From a virus (taxonomy: Duplodnaviria > Caudoviricetes), in the IMG/VR virus record IMGVR_UViG_3300044537_000257, positions 8,277 through 72,276 of that record: 64,000 nucleotides of DNA. The stretch is one strand, 5' to 3'. The notes below the pieces were generated by a model. It was given only the letters and a program-made list of their open reading frames with translations, made no database searches and was not told the origin of the DNA. Position 1 is the stretch's first letter. Every line of letters starts with the position of its first letter. The position numbers and the translations under genes are program-made. Below, piece by piece: positions 1 to 8,232 of the stretch.

Positions 1-2
1 AT

Positions 3-143
3 GCTGGTACCCGCGTTTATGTGACCGAAGTTGTTGCTGATAATTTCTCGCTGTTGGAGCCGAAGTCAGATAATCAACAACCGACGCCCACATATCCTAG
101 TGACACTGATGTCACAGTGGATGACAAAGACATGCCATTTTAG
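3..143 (+). CDS. ssb: Single-stranded DNA-binding protein, C-terminal part (partial)
   Basis: Frame 3 reads ...RVYVTEVVADNFSLLEPK...DVTVDDKDMPF*, the SSB OB-fold end plus acidic DDxxPF tail; not in the ORF track. Confidence 0.88.
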   Translation, partial: AGTRVYVTEVVADNFSLLEPKSDNQQPTPTYPSDTDVTVDDKDMPF

Positions 144-156
144 AGGGGGTTAGATT

Positions 157-1008
157 TTGGCACAGCGAAGAATGTTTAGCAAGAAAATAACTGATACTGA
201 CTCATTTATGGAGTTGCCTCTGTCGTCACAGGCACTGTATTTCCACTTAAACATGCATGCTGATGATGATGGCTTTATATCTAATGCTAAGACGATTATA
301 CGTATGACCGGAGCCAGCACTGATGATTTTAAATTATTAATAGCAAAGCAGTTCATCATCACATTTGAAACTGGGGTCATCGTGATTAAGGACTGGCGCA
401 TCCATAATTATATTCGTAGCGATCGCTATACAAAGACAGTCTATAGCGACGAAAAAGGGCAATTAGCGACCGACGAGAATGGCCGTTATATCAAGGATAA
501 GCTGGCTGTGTCTACCAATGGTATACCAGATGTCATACCAGATGGATACCAAATGGATACACAGGTTAGGTTAGAGTTAGGTAAGGGTAGGTTAGGTAAG
601 GACAGAGATAATATAAAACCTTCTCGTAAAGCACGCAAGCGTGTTTACCAGTCAGGCGAAATTGAATTTGAATTAGCCGACTATTTATTTCAAGCGATTA
701 AAGGAAACAACCCCGAAGCAAAACAACCGAACATGCAAACCTGGTCTAATGATATCCGCTTAATGATTGAACGTGATAAGCGGACACCAACACAAATTAG
801 AAACATGATTGATTGGTGCCAGTCTGACTCGTTTTGGATGACTAATATCTTATCGCCGAAAAAACTACGCGAAAAATACGACCAGATGAAAGTCAAGGCA
901 CTGAAGCAACAGCAACCAGATAAAGCGGCGGTGCCACCGTTGCCGGCAAATACGCCAACAATTCCAATGTATGACTGGGCAACTGGAGGTGACGACAATG
1001 GAGCTTAA
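157..1008 (+). CDS. Phage replication initiator / replisome organiser
   Basis: N-terminus MAQRRMFSKKITDTDSFMELPLSSQALYFHLNMHADDDGF is typical; internal repeats; DnaD-like C-terminal WxxNIxSPxKLREKYDQ. Confidence 0.85.
   Translation: MAQRRMFSKKITDTDSFMELPLSSQALYFHLNMHADDDGFISNAKTIIRMTGASTDDFKLLIAKQFIITFETGVIVIKDWRIHNYIRSDRYTKTVYSDEKGQLATDENGRYIKDKLAVSTNGIPDVIPDGYQMDTQVRLELGKGRLGKDRDNIKPSRKARKRVYQSGEIEFELADYLFQAIKGNNPEAKQPNMQTWSNDIRLMIERDKRTPTQIRNMIDWCQSDSFWMTNILSPKKLREKYDQMKVKALKQQQPDKAAVPPLPANTPTIPMYDWATGGDDNGA
523..600. repeat. Iteron-like repeats (putative origin of prophage 1)
   Basis: ATACCA(G/A)ATG at 523, 535 and 546, followed by AGGTTAG/AGGTAAG repeats, inside the initiator gene. Confidence 0.55.
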
Positions 1009-1738
1009 CAATATTGGTCAACTGTCACAAGTCAGTCAAGACGGGATGGATATTATGGTCCATTTAAAGCAGCCATTTAACGCTTCTCTGGCTTATACAT
1101 TATCTGGTGGAGTTACACCCACAATTGCACTTAAAGTAGCTGATAACCGCATTATTTCGCCAGAACAGCGAGCTAAGGCGTGGATACTCATTAATGAGAT
1201 TGCAAAATGGCAAGGAGACCGCAATAATTCGCCTGATGTTGAACAGTCCATGAAGCAATTAGCAATGTCTGAACATGCTGAAATCACTGAGCACTTTAGT
1301 CTGAGCGACTGTAGCGTAACCGTCGCTTGCTTGTTCATCGAAACACTGTTAACGTTCTGCTTTGAAAATGACGTGCCGTTTGCATCAAAAGTCTGGGATG
1401 CGATCAGTAATGACTATTTTGCGCAAAAGAAGTGTCTGGAACACCGTGAGTGCGTCATTTGCCGCCGCCACGCACAATATGCACACGTTGAGACTGTAGG
1501 CATGGGAATGAGTCGAAAAAAAATCGATCATAGCAAGCACCGCTTTATGGCACTGTGTGCGGTGCATCACTCTGAACAGCATACGATCGGAATCAATACG
1601 TTTATTGCTAAGTACCATATTAGGCCAATCAGCTTAAATTTTGATGAACTGGTTAAGCTAGGCATCATGCAAAGGGGTACCGCTTATTATTTCAAGGAAC
1701 AGGAGGCGGTGCAGCATGAAACTGACCGGCATCAATAG
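998..1738 (+). CDS. Putative HNH-type nuclease (HNHc_6/DUF968-like)
   Basis: CVIC...H..HVETVGMGMSR...H...LCAVHHSEQH motif; ATG 998 follows GGAGG. Confidence 0.75.
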   Translation: MELNNIGQLSQVSQDGMDIMVHLKQPFNASLAYTLSGGVTPTIALKVADNRIISPEQRAKAWILINEIAKWQGDRNNSPDVEQSMKQLAMSEHAEITEHFSLSDCSVTVACLFIETLLTFCFENDVPFASKVWDAISNDYFAQKKCLEHRECVICRRHAQYAHVETVGMGMSRKKIDHSKHRFMALCAVHHSEQHTIGINTFIAKYHIRPISLNFDELVKLGIMQRGTAYYFKEQEAVQHETDRHQ

Positions 1739-2102
1739 TCATAAAAGTTACGGTTATTTCCGTGATAAGTGTGAAGCAAATGCTTGGTTGGTTGAGCACT
1801 ATGACCATCCGTTGCCGACGCGAGTTTATAAAACGATTCATGGACCGCGACGGGCTCTATTACCCGAACCAATAGCGACAGGCGCTAACTTAGCGCCACA
1901 TGATATCTGCTATTGGCTCAGCAAATTGATTGATGAATATGGCAGTGTCTTTCTGGCGCCAGACAACCATCCGTACTTGCAGTTGATTAGGGTCAAAGCA
2001 GGCTTTAATCGTATCCGACAGCACCCGTATAAAGAACGTGGCGTGTATAAAGGATGGTCGGCCCGCGTAGCGGAGAGGGTGGGCAAACATGAGGCATGTT
2101 GA
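1716..2102 (+). CDS. Hypothetical phage protein
   Basis: SD GGAGG, overlaps neighbours, co-directional. Confidence 0.65.
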   Translation: MKLTGINSHKSYGYFRDKCEANAWLVEHYDHPLPTRVYKTIHGPRRALLPEPIATGANLAPHDICYWLSKLIDEYGSVFLAPDNHPYLQLIRVKAGFNRIRQHPYKERGVYKGWSARVAERVGKHEAC

Positions 2103-2304
2103 GATCAAATTAGTGTGTTTATTTGACGGATTAGTTAAGACTAAACACATCGAAATACATCTGCCTGAGAGCGAATATATTGGATTTGATGGGGATGTGT
2201 TTCGGATTGGACAAATGTATACGGTGGAGCGTTGGCGGGTGCTTAAAGCGCACATTATTGATCATGGCGTTATTGGAAAGGTGAGAAAGCTCAGTGAAGC
2301 GTAA
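2089..2304 (+). CDS. Hypothetical phage protein
   Basis: Coupled ORF with GGAGAGGG upstream. Confidence 0.5.
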   Translation: MRHVEIKLVCLFDGLVKTKHIEIHLPESEYIGFDGDVFRIGQMYTVERWRVLKAHIIDHGVIGKVRKLSEA

Positions 2305-2440
2305 AGGAAAGAAAAAATCAGTAATCAAGAAGAAAAAGCGACGTATGGAGGCTAAGCGGCGCGAAAATGAACAGCCAGTTCCAGAGCTGTCACCGTTTGA
2401 AAAATCGCTGTATCGCGCAACCCACACAACTTTAGAATGA
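2294..2440 (+). CDS. Small basic hypothetical protein (48 aa)
   Basis: GTG start, Lys/Arg-rich, fills the gap between neighbours; not in ORF track. Confidence 0.4.
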   Translation: MKRKGKKKSVIKKKKRRMEAKRRENEQPVPELSPFEKSLYRATHTTLE

Positions 2441-2450
2441 GGTGTTATTG

Positions 2451-2876
2451 ATGTCGAAAAAGCTGGAATTGAATATTAAATTATCCGAACTCGCTAATGG
2501 CGGCGCACAAGAAAAATTTAATCACGAACTAAAACGGATTGCGGAAAACATTCTTGATCCTAACACGGACGCAAACAAGAAACGTAAAATCACGTTAACG
2601 ACAACGTTTACGCCCAACGATGATCGTAGCATTGTCACCATTGCCATTGATGTTAAGTCAACACTAGCGCCGGAGGTTGCTATTAATACGCTGATGATGG
2701 TTGGACGCAACAACAAGGGTCGAGTTGAGGCAAACGAGCTTAAATCGGGAACACCAGGTCAAACCTATTTTGATCCGGAGGACTCGACGCTAAAGGATGA
2801 TAAAGGTGAGCCGGTCGATCAGGTTGAACAAAAAGCAAATAATGTTGTTGATCTGCAAGCCAAAAATAAAGCCTAG
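2451..2876 (+). CDS. Conserved phage protein (LxxLAxGxxxE type)
   Basis: Recognisable Firmicutes phage family usually paired with the next gene; ATG 2451 after GAGGTG. Confidence 0.75.
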   Translation: MSKKLELNIKLSELANGGAQEKFNHELKRIAENILDPNTDANKKRKITLTTTFTPNDDRSIVTIAIDVKSTLAPEVAINTLMMVGRNNKGRVEANELKSGTPGQTYFDPEDSTLKDDKGEPVDQVEQKANNVVDLQAKNKA

Positions 2877-2888
2877 GAGGCCACGAAC

Positions 2889-3632
2889 ATGATTGAAAAA
2901 GCAGCATTGGAATATTTATCTGAGTTAGCGCAGGAAGCTGCCAGTAAGAAAATCATTAAGACTGAAGATGGTATCGAATACGGCATTGATGGGCAAGGCG
3001 ATTTAACTCAATTACGACCGGCTAACGGTGTCCGCAATGCACTGACCTTACACACATTATCTGGTGTAGTTGACTACGTTAAGAATAATGCTGAGCGCCA
3101 AACAGCTAGACTAATTTTGCACATCGTTAACGAAACACACGTTGAATTACTTAACAGTTTAGATCAATACGATAACCGCGAAACATTAATTAAGTCTGAT
3201 GCAATTGTGCCCGATATCTCTTTTGATAACTTTATCGCAGCAGAACAGTTGATCATTATTTTACAGTCACAGTTTGTTAACACATCTGACCGCGAAATTT
3301 TAATGAAAGTGCTGGGCAATTTGAAAGAAGAAAATGTTAAAAATGCGAGTGATGACGGCGTCTCTCAGGCGGTTACAGTTAAAACAGGCGTTGCCAGTGC
3401 GGGGGATGTACGTGTGCCTAACCCCGTTGAGTTACAGCCGTATCGGACGTTTGCCGAAATTGAACAACCCACCAGCAAGTTTATCTTTAGAATGCACGAC
3501 GGGATGCGCGGCGCCTTAATTGAAAGTGACGGTGGCTACTGGCGCAACGATGCGATTCAGCGGATCAAAGAATACTTTGAAAAAGAGCTAAAAACTGAAA
3601 TTGGTTCGAAGTATATCCGCATTATCGCGTAA
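2889..3632 (+). CDS. Conserved phage protein (VxLxPYRTFxEIEQP type)
   Basis: 247 aa, SD AGGAGG, typical partner of the upstream gene. Confidence 0.75.
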   Translation: MIEKAALEYLSELAQEAASKKIIKTEDGIEYGIDGQGDLTQLRPANGVRNALTLHTLSGVVDYVKNNAERQTARLILHIVNETHVELLNSLDQYDNRETLIKSDAIVPDISFDNFIAAEQLIIILQSQFVNTSDREILMKVLGNLKEENVKNASDDGVSQAVTVKTGVASAGDVRVPNPVELQPYRTFAEIEQPTSKFIFRMHDGMRGALIESDGGYWRNDAIQRIKEYFEKELKTEIGSKYIRIIA

Positions 3633-3713
3633 TTAAAAGTAGTCGGGCCGTTAAGGACAAAGCTAACAATGCCTGAGCTTGCTCAAATCGGCTACTAGAT
3701 GTGAGGTGAAAGC

Positions 3714-4073
3714 ATGAAAGAACGTGAATTGAAATTAATCAGACAACTTGAGGACCGTTATGGCAGTGTAATGAACGCGCCTGATGATGATCCGCGCTTG
3801 CTATTACTTAACAGGGAATTATCGGAAGACGAAGACGTTTATCTGTACCGTGTCACTGACCGTTACACGCATCGTAGTCGATATACTCAAAATATGACGG
3901 AATTAGCCAGCCTACTGAAGGTCACCAGATCAGCAGTTTCTCAACAACTTAAAGTTGGTGGACCAATCAAGAGCCGTTATGTGGTATCACGTGGTGAGTG
4001 GTCAGAGCATGATGTTGGCACCTGGATTCAGGGCAAAAAGATCAGAAAGAGGAATAAAAACAACGGAAAATAA
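3714..4073 (+). CDS. Hypothetical phage protein, possible HTH in C-terminal half
   Basis: SD GAGGTG; ELASLLKVTRSAVSQQL resembles an HTH. Confidence 0.6.
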   Translation: MKERELKLIRQLEDRYGSVMNAPDDDPRLLLLNRELSEDEDVYLYRVTDRYTHRSRYTQNMTELASLLKVTRSAVSQQLKVGGPIKSRYVVSRGEWSEHDVGTWIQGKKIRKRNKNNGK

Positions 4074-4102
4074 TTAAAAACAATATTTAGGAGTGATAAT
4101 GA

Positions 4103-4435
4103 TTGAAAAACCTAGGTGAAACATTGAGAACAGTACAGCATGAAAGTTTTGAAATATGGTTTAATCGTTGGTTTGAGCATAATGACTTTCCGAAAACATT
4201 TGAAACTTCGGCAAAAAAAGGATATTCAGCATATTCAATCGATGTGACTAAGTTTGACGATTACCTTAAACGTCGGTTAAGCGACGATCGGGTGCTGAAA
4301 TTGCTTAAGAAAAAGTTGCCTGGCATAAAAATTGAACGTGAACAAGGCAGTCTTACTAGACGGAATCTATTTAATATGAAATATACGAGCAAGTATAACC
4401 GCATTATTTTTAGCTGGGATGACGAAAAAAACTAA
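4103..4435 (+). CDS. Hypothetical accessory protein
   Basis: 110 aa ORF after junction motif and SD. Confidence 0.65.
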   Translation: MKNLGETLRTVQHESFEIWFNRWFEHNDFPKTFETSAKKGYSAYSIDVTKFDDYLKRRLSDDRVLKLLKKKLPGIKIEREQGSLTRRNLFNMKYTSKYNRIIFSWDDEKN

Positions 4436-4453
4436 GTTTAAGGGAGTGAAACA

Positions 4454-4729
4454 ATGCTTTTTAAAATTAAGCAAACGTCAATGTGGGATGACACAGTGAC
4501 TGATGATATTTCAAAGATATTTAATACTAGATTGTACAGTCAGCAAGAAATGCTTGGTGATGGTAAATCGGTACAGAAAACTGTCACAGTAACAGATATC
4601 TCAAATCTAGCTACTTTGATGGCAAAGCTGGAACAATACGGTGGTGAAGTTGTTATCGCATCATCAGACTGGGGTAGGCATAAACCCGAATTACCAGTGA
4701 TAGAAATTTGTGATGATTTTCGTGAATAA
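4454..4729 (+). CDS. Hypothetical accessory protein
   Basis: 91 aa ORF after junction motif and SD. Confidence 0.65.
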   Translation: MLFKIKQTSMWDDTVTDDISKIFNTRLYSQQEMLGDGKSVQKTVTVTDISNLATLMAKLEQYGGEVVIASSDWGRHKPELPVIEICDDFRE

Positions 4730-4754
4730 AACTAGCTTTACGGAGGTTTAGTAA

Positions 4755-4994
4755 ATGAAAACATATATTGCTTTATGTGAATACACCACTTTGATAGATA
4801 ATAAGTTTGTCAAAAAAACACATTATATTCTCAATGCAGACAGCCCTGAACAAGCCTTTGACATGGCATGGTCTGCTATTGACGAATATCAAACTGATTT
4901 TAATAAAAAGAAGGATATAGCAGAGCACATTGATGGCTGTCCCATTGCTTTATATGAGTTGGCAACAGGTATCGAATTATCATCAGATTTATAG
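4755..4994 (+). CDS. Hypothetical accessory protein
   Basis: 79 aa ORF after junction motif and SD. Confidence 0.65.
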   Translation: MKTYIALCEYTTLIDNKFVKKTHYILNADSPEQAFDMAWSAIDEYQTDFNKKKDIAEHIDGCPIALYELATGIELSSDL

Positions 4995-5028
4995 ACGTTA
5001 AAAGTTAAATTTACGGAGGAAATAGATT

Positions 5029-5385
5029 ATGAGTAAAACAATGATTCGCCGCATGAATGGCTTTATTAAATATCAGCTTAAAGGTGATGAGACAAATGAT
5101 ATTAGCGATGGCTCTCATACCTTTGGAGAACTTTATTACCACCGCGCAGTTTTGTTCGCGGTAGTCTGTAACAGCCATTCAGATGTATCTTGGAAGTCAA
5201 AACAGCACGAAGATGGCTCTATGTTCCCGGGTTACTTCGTTGTTGGCATTCATACACCGGAAGGAGATTACTCCTATCATTATGATCTGTCGGAATGGGA
5301 TATGTTTAAAGTCCCAGAATTAGGCTATGCGCCTAAATGGGACGGGCATAGGCCAAGCGATATTGATCGGCTATTGTCGCTATAA
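5029..5385 (+). CDS. WDGH-domain protein
   Basis: DGSHTFGELYYHR...SWKSKQH.DG...SYHY...APKWDGH motifs. Confidence 0.75.
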   Translation: MSKTMIRRMNGFIKYQLKGDETNDISDGSHTFGELYYHRAVLFAVVCNSHSDVSWKSKQHEDGSMFPGYFVVGIHTPEGDYSYHYDLSEWDMFKVPELGYAPKWDGHRPSDIDRLLSL

Positions 5386-5412
5386 AAGCTAACTTTAGAA
5401 AGGAAGATTGAA

Positions 5413-5556
5413 ATGAAATTAACAATCGAAGGTACACCAGATGAAATTAAAAAAGTGCTCCAAACTGTCGGTAGCAGCGAGGAGCACAAATCAGATTCAA
5501 AATTAATGACGGAAGCGGAATACGAAAAACAAGTTAGTACAAAATGTGCTCATTGA
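5413..5556 (+). CDS. Small hypothetical protein (MKLTIEGTPDEIKKVLQ...)
   Basis: 47 aa ORF with SD AAAGGAAG, convergent on the inverted gene; not in ORF track. Confidence 0.5.
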   Translation: MKLTIEGTPDEIKKVLQTVGSSEEHKSDSKLMTEAEYEKQVSTKCAH

Positions 5557-5821
5557 CATATTTCCACTCTTCTTCTGTTAGCCATCCGGCGTGAGCGTTT
5601 TTAACAATTTCAGATATAAAGAATCTGTCATTACCGTCAGTTTTCTCTTTCAATTTGTTCATCATTTCTGAAGCTGTTAGGTTGCTTCTGAGCAGATATG
5701 TTGAATCCCAGTAATGGCACCATTCTCCAGTAGAAATATCCTTTTCGATAATTTTTCTAACTTCTGTATATCTTTGTCCGGGGTTATCAAGATCGTATGT
5801 CAGCATAAAAGGCTTACTCAT
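5534..5821 (-). CDS. Stand-alone Cas2/VapD-like ferredoxin-fold protein (inverted moron)
   Basis: FMLTYDLDNPGQRY...WCHYWDSTYLLRS; SD GGGAGGTG; only minus-strand gene in prophage 1. Confidence 0.65.
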   Translation of the reverse strand: MSKPFMLTYDLDNPGQRYTEVRKIIEKDISTGEWCHYWDSTYLLRSNLTASEMMNKLKEKTDGNDRFFISEIVKNAHAGWLTEEEWKYVNEHILY

Positions 5822-5894
5822 ATTGTTTCACCTCCCTTCAGAATTTAATTATATCCGAATAAGGGATAGTAGAAAATAGCAAAAGAGGTGTGCC

Positions 5895-6083
5895 ATGTCT
5901 TATTTAAAAGAAGTACGTAGGAAAAAGCATCTTACTCAAAAAGATGCGGCCGCTCTATTAGGCTTTTCCCGCTCTCGTTTTGCACAAATTGAGGGTGGCT
6001 TTATCACTCCGTCTTACAGATTTTTATTAGCGGTAAAAAAACAGTTCGGCAAGAACGTTGATATGAACAAGTTCTTTGAATGA
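5895..6083 (+). CDS. XRE/Cro-like HTH regulator
   Basis: LKEVRRKKHLTQKDAAALLGFSRSRFAQIEGGFITPS. Confidence 0.85.
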   Translation: MSYLKEVRRKKHLTQKDAAALLGFSRSRFAQIEGGFITPSYRFLLAVKKQFGKNVDMNKFFE

Positions 6084-6133
6084 AGTTATCCGGATAAAGG
6101 ATAGTAAAAAGTAATTTTCAGGAGGTGAATAAG

Positions 6134-6307
6134 ATGAGTCCAACACTAAAGAAGGTATTAGGCTGGTTAATTATTGCGGTTTTTGTGAGTTTAGTTGTTA
6201 CACTAACTGCCACAGATGTTGGCTGGTGGGCATCTATCCTTTTCTGGGCTGTTATACCTATTATATGCGCATTACTTACGGTTGCATTGTTTTGGGTCAG
6301 TCAATGA
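6134..6307 (+). CDS. Small two-TM membrane protein
   Basis: Two hydrophobic stretches; SD AGGAGGTG. Confidence 0.6.
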   Translation: MSPTLKKVLGWLIIAVFVSLVVTLTATDVGWWASILFWAVIPIICALLTVALFWVSQ

Positions 6308-6322
6308 GAGGTGGTGATAGCT

Positions 6323-6565
6323 ATGAATGTTAAGAATAAGTACAAAATTGTTTTTGCTAAAAACGGCGTGACTATGAGTACGATCGTTTGGTCAGATAAA
6401 AGCTATTCCGAGTATATTGAGTGGTTCGACTGGAGAAATATGACCAACAAAAGCTACCAGATCGGTGGATTAATGGTAGCAGCTCCGGATATGATACAGA
6501 TTCTTGATGCTAAAGTGACTTCCGGTGCGGCTAATGGTGATGCTGAAAAGGCGGTACCAGCATGA
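6323..6565 (+). CDS. Hypothetical protein
   Basis: SD GAGGTGG; C-terminal NGDAEKAVPA shared with 39885..40031. Confidence 0.55.
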   Translation: MNVKNKYKIVFAKNGVTMSTIVWSDKSYSEYIEWFDWRNMTNKSYQIGGLMVAAPDMIQILDAKVTSGAANGDAEKAVPA

Positions 6566-6693
6566 AGTTTTTAACTAATGTTTTAACAATAATCGCTGGC
6601 ATAGTGATCTGCTGGTGGTTATTCGCAATCGTTGGGATGTTCTTATTGACCGTTCTTAAGTATTTAGTCTGGTTCTGGATGGTTATCAATTAA
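6562..6693 (+). CDS. Small hydrophobic protein (43 aa)
   Basis: ATGA overlap; homologue of the same length at 40028..40159; not in ORF track. Confidence 0.6.
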   Translation: MKFLTNVLTIIAGIVICWWLFAIVGMFLLTVLKYLVWFWMVIN

Positions 6694-6709
6694 GGGAGTG
6701 TATTAAGCC

Positions 6710-7732
6710 ATGGAAACAGTTAGAATCGCACCAGTTACTGATCAGTGGTTGCAGCATGAAGCACGTAAGTTTAACCGTAAGAAAATAGAGGAGTACCTGC
6801 AGCATTCGCCCCGGTTGGCACCGGCCACCTTACAGCAGTATCGATCATGTCTGCGCATCTTTGCCAAATGGATTCATGACTATTGCGGTAATAAAAAAAT
6901 TATCGATCTAAAAATTAGGGATGGCAAGGCATATCAGGATTGGCTGTTAAGTCATAATGGCTCGACCAATAACATTAAGGTCAAGTTAGCCGCGGCTTCC
7001 GAACTTTGCGAGTACATTGAAAAATATTACGAAGAAGAATACCCAGCGTTTAGAAATCCGATCCGCAAGGGACGTGAAGCTATGGTGCAGACGCCACGCA
7101 AAGAAAAGCATCCGATCACTCCAGAAGAATTTGAGCTATTAATTAAAACGTTAGAAAAGCGCCAGGATTATCAACGTCTGTGTTACTTAGTTTTGACTTA
7201 CCAGACGGCCTGCAGACGAGCGGAATCGGCCCAATTTGAGCGCCGAATAGCAAAGTATTCAGTGGGAGACATGCATTATTATCAAGATGCACAGGGGATG
7301 AACCATAATTATTTTTTGAGTAACTCAATTCGATGCAAGGGTGCAGGTAAGCTAGGGAAGGTGCGCGAGTTTAAAATATCGACTGATACAATGCGCTATA
7401 TCCGGCGTTGGGACAAGCAGCGTCGTGAGTTAGTGAATGGATTGGAACTAGGGGATGATGCTGCAAACTTATTCGTTCATATTGATCAAAGTGGTGTCAC
7501 CGATTTAACACCAGCGGCATTTGCCTATTGGTTTTCTGATGATTTTAGCAAGATTTTGGGTCGTAATGTGCACCCACACGATCTTAGAACAACACGGGCA
7601 ACAGACTTGGTAGTCCGTCAGCATAAGCCAATTGAGGCGGTTAGTGTAATGATGGGTCATAATTCGACAGAGACGACTAAAACATTTTATGTGATCGACA
7701 ATCGCAAGGACAGTGATGCCACATTAATATAA
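6710..7732 (+). CDS. Tyrosine recombinase (XerC/D-like), not located at an att site
   Basis: Catalytic set CRRAE (R), GKVR (K), HDLR (HxxR), MGH, Y; SAM-like N-domain (ATLQQYRSCLRIF). Confidence 0.9.
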   Translation: METVRIAPVTDQWLQHEARKFNRKKIEEYLQHSPRLAPATLQQYRSCLRIFAKWIHDYCGNKKIIDLKIRDGKAYQDWLLSHNGSTNNIKVKLAAASELCEYIEKYYEEEYPAFRNPIRKGREAMVQTPRKEKHPITPEEFELLIKTLEKRQDYQRLCYLVLTYQTACRRAESAQFERRIAKYSVGDMHYYQDAQGMNHNYFLSNSIRCKGAGKLGKVREFKISTDTMRYIRRWDKQRRELVNGLELGDDAANLFVHIDQSGVTDLTPAAFAYWFSDDFSKILGRNVHPHDLRTTRATDLVVRQHKPIEAVSVMMGHNSTETTKTFYVIDNRKDSDATLI

Positions 7733-7815
7733 AAAAAGCCACCATTTGCATGGCAGCTAATCTCAGCAGATTAATTATAACATGGCTGATGCAAATCGGC
7801 GAGGGGTGAAAATGA

Positions 7816-8232
7816 GTGAAAGAGCTAACTAAGGCGGCCCTTGCGTGGCTAGACGATGAGTATATGAGATACACTAAAATCAATCACGATATTGCAGTGC
7901 GGAAACTAGAAATTGAGCATCCCTGGAAGCCCAACGATGACAATATCGGTGGCGGTCGTTCCAGTGTGATCACGCGGCCGCAAGAAAGCCTGGTATTAAA
8001 ATATGATCAGGATAGGGTAATTAATCGGCTGATTCAGTTACAGCGCGAGGTGGATGCCGCCAAAAGGCATATGGACGCGGAACAGTTAAAAATTTTTGAG
8101 ATGCGCTATATTGGCACCAATTACTATGACTGGGACACAATTGGTAGTCTGTTGCATTATGCGCACACGCCCATTTATCGCAAGCGATATAAATTACTTG
8201 AATTATTGGCCGAAGAAAAGGGAATAATCTAA
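7816..8232 (+). CDS. Late transcription activator (RinA/ArpU-like)
   Basis: DDNIGGGRSS...PQE; C-terminal HTH (MRY...DWDTIG...IYRKR); last early gene before terminase. Confidence 0.8.
   Translation: MKELTKAALAWLDDEYMRYTKINHDIAVRKLEIEHPWKPNDDNIGGGRSSVITRPQESLVLKYDQDRVINRLIQLQREVDAAKRHMDAEQLKIFEMRYIGTNYYDWDTIGSLLHYAHTPIYRKRYKLLELLAEEKGII

Noticed and set aside
150-160. 11-nt complementarity (TTAGATTTTGG) between the late-leader RNA core and the initiator start region
   Set aside because: An AT-rich 11-mer match is expected by chance in 64 kb, and prophage 2 has the same core without this gene
5534-5821. Cas2-like gene (and the Cas4-like DUF2800 at 40664) as evidence of a CRISPR-Cas locus
   Set aside because: No cas1, effector genes or repeat-spacer array anywhere in the window; DUF2800 is a standard phage replication-module nuclease
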